DNA of 64,000 nt from Eledone cirrhosa (Eukaryota): NCBI GenBank assembly GCA_964016885.1, contig OZ024743.1, positions 196,354,001 through 196,418,000 on the forward strand, given 5' to 3'. Under the pieces are notes generated by a model that was given only the letters and a program-made list of their open reading frames with translations, searched no databases and was not told the DNA's origin. The translations under genes were made by a program, and so were the position numbers. Shown piece after piece: positions 56,935 to 64,000 of this stretch; positions within the stretch are counted from its first letter, which is position 1, and each line of letters starts with the position of its first letter.

Positions 56935-57106
56935 TACCTCATTTTACTAGTCTCAAGAACGCGTCTACACGACGTGAGAAAGAATCCCAAAAGGCGGAGG
57001 GGGAGATAGTCACGCGCAACATCGGTGAAGTTGGCACCTTAACTCACAGTTGGGTGCGGATGCATTCATGTATATATGTGTGTGTCCGCATGTATCTGTG
57101 TGTTTC

Positions 57107-57195
<89 letters not shown>

Positions 57196-57228
57196 GTTTG
57201 TGTGTGTGGGTGTGTGTGTGTATATGTA

Positions 57229-57450
57229 TATGGCTTAGTGGTTAGGTTGTTGCGCCTATGCTTGTAATATTTTCTTGATCAAAACATTTCATTTTATGTC
57301 GCTTCAATCTACTCAAAGGAAAATGAGTACCCACTCCAGCTGAGTTCTGGAAGGGACATACATCATGTCCAGAAGGAGGCCCGGGGTGGCAGGTCTTGTT
57401 CTCTCAGTCACTCAACCTCAAGCAAGCAGATTATCTCTGACCTGATGTTG
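57229..57450 (+). mobile_element. Diverged CORE-type SINE
   Basis: TGGCTTAGTGGTTAGG...TCTTGATCAAAACATTTCATTT...AAATGAGTACC. Confidence 0.6.
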
Positions 57451-57514
57451 GGACAGAATTTATGTGTGTCCATACATGGTGTCGAGTGTGGTATTCCTTG
57501 TCCCTGTAAAGCAT

Positions 57515-57549
<35 letters not shown>

Positions 57550-57551
<2 letters not shown>

Positions 57552-57751
57552 CGAAGGAAATGTGGTAAGAAACCAGGTGGACCATAACGCACCAAAGTAC
57601 TCAATACTTAGGGTAGTAGAGTGGGTAATAGGAGTAAGTAAGACCCCGACGGTCTGAGCTCAAGCCGTTTCGACGGCTAATTCTGTACTAAATTACAGTA
57701 CAGAATTAGCCGTCGAAACGGCTTGAGCTCAGCCGTCGGGGTCTTACTTAC
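57550..57751. mobile_element. Foldback element, inverse of 8140-8347
   Basis: About 55-bp inverted arms 57633-57689 and 57697-57751; flanked by (TA)n. Confidence 0.78.
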
Positions 57752-58012
57752 ATATATATATATATGCGCTTTTTTTTTCCTATCTTTGCGTTGCTTTCAT
57801 CCTTCTATGTTGTTTACTTGTCTCACTTGCTTTACGCGATTTACTTGTCCCAATAGCTTTATTTAGCTATTGCTCGCACCAACTGGAGGTATATGATTTT
57901 TAATGCGATGAAATACCAATGAAGGTTGGAAAATCACTGACGAAGGACTATTTTTATCATATGTAACCCATGTGCAACCACGCAGTATTCTTTCTTCTCA
58001 TGTTTTATATAT

Positions 58013-58067
<55 letters not shown>

Positions 58068-58362
58068 ATATATATATGCATACATGAGTGTGTGGGTGTT
58101 TCTGTAATGTTTGTATGCGCGCATGTGCTTGTATGTGTATATAAGGGGAGGGGGCATGTGTATTATGGTGTCTAACGTCGAAGATGACATATTCGTAGTG
58201 TTGAAAATATATTAACACTTAATATATTAACTGCCGGATTGCATGCCAGAACGTATATCATGTAGATATATTGCAGGTCACTCGTTGCTGCTGACATCTA
58301 TCTATCTTTATATCTATATATATATATATAAATACATACATACACACACACACACACACATG

Positions 58363-58400
<38 letters not shown>

Positions 58401-59142
58401 CATTTATTTATCTATCTATCTATCTATCTATTTATTTATTTATCTATTTATTTATCCATCTATCTATTTATCTATTTATCTATATATCTATTTCTCCATC
58501 TACCTAAATCAGAAATCGATATTTTCTATATGGCAGCGATGTATTAGACTTGTTATAGAGTAGGACAAAATGCCTTGTAGTACTTTTTCGAATGTCTGAG
58601 ATCTGTGTTCAAATCCTGCCGTAGTAAACTTCGCACGCCATCCTTTCCGCGGGATTGTTACAGCATCGGGCAAGAGGCTTTGCGTGTCTTTGTTCCGGTT
58701 CTTTGCATTTTGATTTCTTAAGTGGTAGACTTAATCCTTTACTTAATGTCATCCCACGATTTTATCATTGGTTCTCTTTCATGCAAGCATTCGAACTTCG
58801 TCTATGGCTGAAAAAAAAACTCGTTTCGAATGTTCTTTTAAAAAATGTAACAGGCAAAGCCCTTCAATCCCTTAATAAAACAATACAAAAAAAAAATTAC
58901 GAATATTTGAAAATATTTCAAAATTGACAACTACGCTTACAATTAAATAAGTGTCGATGACACGTGATATAATATTCAATTGTTTATTTAGTAATTACGT
59001 TAATTTCATGTTTGGTAAAATGGCTTTTTTGGAATTAACCAATATAAAAAAACTGTTGAAAATAACTGTCTAAATCTGTAGAGTGTAGTATGAAGAGATG
59101 AAATTAATCAAGAATATAATGATGAACATTTTACATTATTAT

Positions 59143-59722
59143 TGGATTGGCAGTATTGGTAGAGGCTCTGACGCCATGCTTTGCAGCAAAGAGTTACGGC
59201 CCTTTATGGTCTGAGTTCATTTGCCTTTCATCCTTACGGAGTCGATAAAATAAAGCACAGGTAATACGCTGGGATAATTGCTGGCCTTGTGCCAAATGCA
59301 GAAACAATTATTTTATAAGAAAGGCGGTGGATTGGCAGTAACCGGTAGAGCGTCAGACAACAATCTTTGTGGCATAAATTACGTCACTTTACGGTCTGAT
59401 TTTAAATCCCGCCGAGGTTAACTTTGCCTTTCCTCCTTACGGGGTCGATAAAATAAAGTACCAGTAACACACTAGGGTCCATTTAATCGACTCCCCCCCC
59501 CCCCCCAAAAAAAAATTGTAGGCCTTATGTCTGAATCAGAAACCATTTTGGCAGTATTGGTAGAGAGTCAGACGCCATGCTTTGCAGCCAAGAGTTACGT
59601 TCCTTTACGGACTGAGTTCAAATCCCGCCGAGGTTAACTTTGCCATTCATCCTTACGGGGTCGATAAAATAAAGCACCAGTAATACACTGGGATAATTGG
59701 TGGCCTTGTGCCAAATGTAGAA
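59143..59722 (+). mobile_element. Three tandem SINE family A copies
   Basis: Consensus at about 59143, 59322 and 59548. Confidence 0.88.
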
Positions 59723-59932
59723 TTATTTTGTAAGAAATATAGAGGAATATTGTCTAAGCATGGTATATACAAGGAACATTACCTATACCACTGGAGTTCA
59801 CATTTTCTGATGACAAAACAAATACTTGTCCCTAATATAAAAAAAAATCTTTAGTTAATCTAACGTTCACCAACACCAGAATTTATATCGAAGTCTGGTA
59901 CTGATTTATTGAACTCTATTTAACAAATTGTA

Positions 59933-60005
<73 letters not shown>

Positions 60006-60007
<2 letters not shown>

Positions 60008-60626
60008 TGTTTTGGATGACGGGGTGAACTGACTAAGCAAATTTCGTTGAAGTCTACGGTGGCGAATGGTTAACTTCCTTCGGACATGCGCTTGCGCAGG
60101 CCGGTGGGGGTGAATGGGTACTCACAAGGGAGCGGATGAAAAACCCCAAAACACGCAATTCATCCGTTCCCTTGTCGATCCAATTTGGATTGCCTCGGAA
60201 ACATAACCTTATTATGTAACAAGCTGTCTGATGATGACACGACACTCGCACACAGAACAGTGTGGCCAGTGTCGTCACTGAAATATATATCACAGCATTA
60301 TTATTAAAGGATTTGCGGTGGATTGGCAGTATCGGTAGAGGGTCGCGCGCCTTGCTTTGAAGCATAGAGTTACCTCCTTTTATGATCTGAGTTCAAATCC
60401 CGCCAAGGTTAACTTTGCCTTTCATCCTTACGGGGTCGATAAAATAAAGTACCAGTAATGCACTGGGATAATTGCTGGCCTGGTGCTAAAAGTAGAAACA
60501 ATTATTATTAAAGGATTTGAACATCTGAAACTACTTCGCTTTTCCTTATTCGATATTTACTCGGTCACTCCTATGTAGAAAAAGTACGTTGAGTGCTTGA
60601 ATTGAATTGCATCAATATTTACCCTA
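60006..60626 (+). mobile_element. Hammerhead-bearing long direct repeat, copy 1, with SINE A insertion at 60316-60500
   Basis: Near-identical to 61508-62176; 19-bp TSD ATTATTATTAAAGGATTTG at 60297 and 60501. Confidence 0.8.
60223..60296 (+). ncRNA. Type I hammerhead ribozyme motif
   Basis: GCTGT-CTGATGA-TGAC(ac)GACACT...AGTGTCGTCA-ct-GAAA-TATATA-TC-ACAGC. Confidence 0.68.
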
Positions 60627-61507
60627 ATAATTTAGCTCCAATTAGTTCAGCGCTTTACTATGTAACCGATATGGTGGAGAAGAGAGGAACCAACCATAAG
60701 CTTCCCCGGAAATTCCCTCTACCATGGGGATGGAAACCCCTTACACTGGACGGACATAAAAGTAACTTTCGGCAGGATAAATACGCGGAAACAAATAATA
60801 GGATACTCCTATTTTCCTGCACCAAATCGCATTTGAACAGAGGCCCCCTCAATTCAATCTATACATGGACAGATGGACAATCATATGGATCATTTTGCAT
60901 ATATGTACTCTGTGTTTTTGCATTTATTCACTATTGGTTCTGTTCTTTTCTTTTGTGTACTTTATGTCTGTTTTTCTTTGATTTTGTTCCATGTGATGGA
61001 AATTAGGACTGTGTACCAGACCCACTAGTGCCTGGAGCCCTGTAGTTATAATGTACGACACTGTCGTTCAATATGTGGATAGAGTAACTGTGACACTAGA
61101 ATCCCTCTCAGAAAATATTACTTAAACATTTCTCTCCATATTATTTACTCACCACAATCCGAATTATCACCTGAAAAGAATTTTTTTAATTCTTTTTTAA
61201 TTCCTTTTTTTAATTCTTTAATTTCTAATTGTTAATTTCTTAATTGTTTAATTTATAATTTCTGATATTTGATTTAGGATTTTAATTTTTATTTCCAACT
61301 CTCACTCTTAACTTCCAACGTAAAACCATGACACCTAGAATAAGTTTATTTTCCCTTATAAGGTGATGGTCAGTCGTGCCGTCAACGCTTAGTGAGGGGT
61401 AGTATTATGACCTGTAAAAACTAACACTCTCCCATCCCCTCTGGCTCTCGGCTGACTGCCACAGCCGTGATGGGTAGCAGTAAAATATGGTACAGGCATT
61501 GGTGGGC

Positions 61508-62176
61508 CATTGTTTTGGATGACGGGGTGAACTGACTAAGCAAATTTCGTTGAAGTCTGCGGTGGCGAATGGTCAACTTCCTTCGGACATGCGCTTGCGC
61601 ATGCCGGTGGGGGTGAATGGGTACTCACAAGGGAGCGGATGAAAAACCCCAAAACACGCAATTCATCCGTTCCCTTGTCGATCCAATTTGGATTGCCTCG
61701 GAAACATAACCTTATTATGTACCAAGCTGTCTGATGATGACACGACACTCGCACACAGAACAGTGTGGCCAGTGTCGTCACTGAAATATATATCACAGCA
61801 TTATTATTGTGGATTGGCAGTATCGGTAGAGGGTCGGACGCTATGCTTTCCAGCATAGTTACGTCCCTTTACGATCTGAGTTCAAATCCCGCCGAGGTTG
61901 ACTTTGCCTTTCATCCTTACGGGGTCGATGAAATAAAGTACCAGTAACGCACTGGATAATTGCTGGCCTTGTGCCTAAAGTAGAAACAATTATTAAAGGA
62001 TTTGAACATCTGAAACTACTTCGCTTTTCCTTATTCGATATATATATATATATATATATAAAGGACTTGAACATCTGAAACTACTCGCTTTTACTTATTC
62101 GATATTTACTCCGTCACTCCTTTGTGGAAAAAGTACGTTGAGTGCTTGAATTGAATTGCATCAATATTTACCCTAA
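61508..62176 (+). mobile_element. Hammerhead-bearing long direct repeat, copy 2, with SINE A insertion at 61809-61990
   Basis: Duplicate of 60006-60626; ends in (TA)n. Confidence 0.8.
61726..61799 (+). ncRNA. Type I hammerhead ribozyme motif (identical to 60223-60296)
   Basis: CTGATGA 61731-61737; GAAA 61783-61786; AUC site at 61792-61794. Confidence 0.68.
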
Positions 62177-62292
<116 letters not shown>

Positions 62293-62315
62293 GGTCCTAC
62301 TCGTTCCTATATATA

Positions 62316-62482
62316 GTTTTAATATAGATGAGATTATACACGACTAGAACTGTTTCATTCTTGAGAAATTTTCAGGAATCTGACTGTCGAAATAATTTCG
62401 ATTTACTTGGACAGTCAGATTCCTGATGATTTCTCAAGAATGAAACAGTTCTAGTCCTGTAGAATCACATGTATATTAAAAC
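62316..62482. mobile_element. Foldback element with hammerhead in the right arm
   Basis: 62316-62388 is inverted at 62410-62482. CTGATGA(62423)-TTTCTCAAGAAT-GAAAC-AGTTCTA-GTC. The left-arm core is mutated (CTGAAAA). Confidence 0.65.
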
Positions 62483-62552
62483 TTTTATTCTCTGCTATGT
62501 ATTGAGTACCTTACTTACTGTGGTTACCTCCGATTCAACCCGGAATAACTTA

Positions 62553-62587
<35 letters not shown>

Positions 62588-62784
62588 TTTTTTCAGTGTG
62601 GTCTACCCGTGGTGGTAGGATCCGTACCGTAGATAGAACTCAATGTCATCTGATGGCGAGTAATCCAGTGAAATCCATAGAAAGGTTCCGTGTTCTGCTG
62701 AGTTAATTCCTTAGATATAGAGTCAGATATAAGTAGGTAAATAAGTCGACATTGTTGTTATTATTTTCATTGTTAAATTAATAC

Positions 62785-62825
<41 letters not shown>

Positions 62826-62969
62826 AAATCCTCGGTACAGTTAGGTATATTATTTTTAAAAAGGGTAAAGAATGACTTCACTTCTTTTATATAGTAATAA
62901 TAAGTTTGTTCTAGCGGCGACAGAAAAACCGAGCCAAACGAATCGAATATTATTATTATTCGATACAAA

Positions 62970-63155
62970 TGGTGGATTGGCAGTATCGGTAGAGGGTCTG
63001 ACGCCATGCTTTGAAGCATAGAGTTACGGCCCTTGTCATTCTGAGTTCAAATCCTGCCGAGGTTAACTTTGCCTTTCATCCTTACGGGGTCGATAAAGTA
63101 AAGTACCAGTAATACACTGGGATAATTGTTGGCCTTGTGCCCAAAGTAGAAACAA
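62970..63155 (+). mobile_element. SINE family A with 18-bp TSD
   Basis: ATTATTATTCGATACAAA at 62952-62969 and 63155-63172. Confidence 0.92.
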
Positions 63156-63340
63156 TTATTATTCGATACAAAATTCACGAATGCAATATATATATATATA
63201 TATAGATTAATTTAATAGGTTACCGTCTGTTATACGTAGACATCTCCATGAAATGATAAGATATATTAACAAATTAATAAACCGACTTATTTTAGTGGGT
63301 CTAGCTTATATCCCCCAAATGTTGGCTTAAGTTTATATAC

Positions 63341-63432
<92 letters not shown>

Positions 63433-63864
63433 TTGTGTGTGTGTGTAAAAGGTAAACAGTAATAACAACACAATCGGTGCAGTTTATGAAAGGAATATAT
63501 TAAGTTAACGCTTGAAATAGCAGGAAGAGGGTTTTGGAGGCTAGTCCTTCATGAGAAGAAAGAATGAGAAATAAGATAGATTGAAGGGATGGCGGGGTGG
63601 TATTTGAAAGAAATCTCTTTTGATAAAATTATCAGGTTCATTCATGTTGACATCGAAAACTGTTGATAATGGCGTTTTATACATATGTATGTATAAACAT
63701 ATATATGTACATATAATATCTAGTCAAACGCTTTAAAAGTTTTGTCTACTCACTGTCCTGAATGTTTAGTAAATAAACGTAATGTCTAAAGTAAAGTTTA
63801 CCTCGGTGTTATTTGAACTCAGGATGTAATTAAACCACAAAATGTTTCGTGCGTTGCTATAATA

Positions 63865-64000
63865 CAAAGGTTCTCAAACTTTTGTGGCCACCACCCCACT
63901 TACGGCCACGTAATACTCTCCGTCCCCCCTCCCAATCCTATTTCTATGGAGACCTGCCTAAACGCAAATTGTAAATAGTATATAATAAATAAAATCGTTA
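63865..64000. mobile_element. Possible hAT/Charlie-type element end
   Basis: CAAAGGTTCTCAAACTTT resembles the CAGGGGTTCTCAAACT TIR; the partner end would lie outside the window. Confidence 0.4.

Noticed and set aside
59808-59835. CTGATGA followed by a small stem
   Set aside because: No GAAA or stem III follows; chance match.

Overview
AT-rich, microsatellite-dense, repeat-dominated eukaryotic DNA. I could not support any intact host gene. The repeat content resembles an octopod cephalopod genome (inference from pattern only). It includes about 25 copies of a tRNA-headed SINE, CORE-type SINEs, a decayed near-full-length Tx1/L1-clade LINE plus a second 3' fragment, R4/Dong-type LINE fragments in (TACA)n and (TAA)n tracts, RTE fragments and an RTE-derived non-autonomous element. 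It also holds a mariner transposase relic, mariner and hAT MITEs, a Helitron-like mosaic and a Penelope-like (GIY-YIG) element. Most ORFs in the supplied track are translations of microsatellites. The most notable hidden signal is about a dozen hammerhead-ribozyme motifs, folded by eye, in short foldback or direct-repeat elements embedded in (TA)n/(TG)n tracts. Three of them, in apparently unrelated sequence contexts, carry the non-canonical compensatory core UUGANAA (U3-A8 in place of C3-G8).
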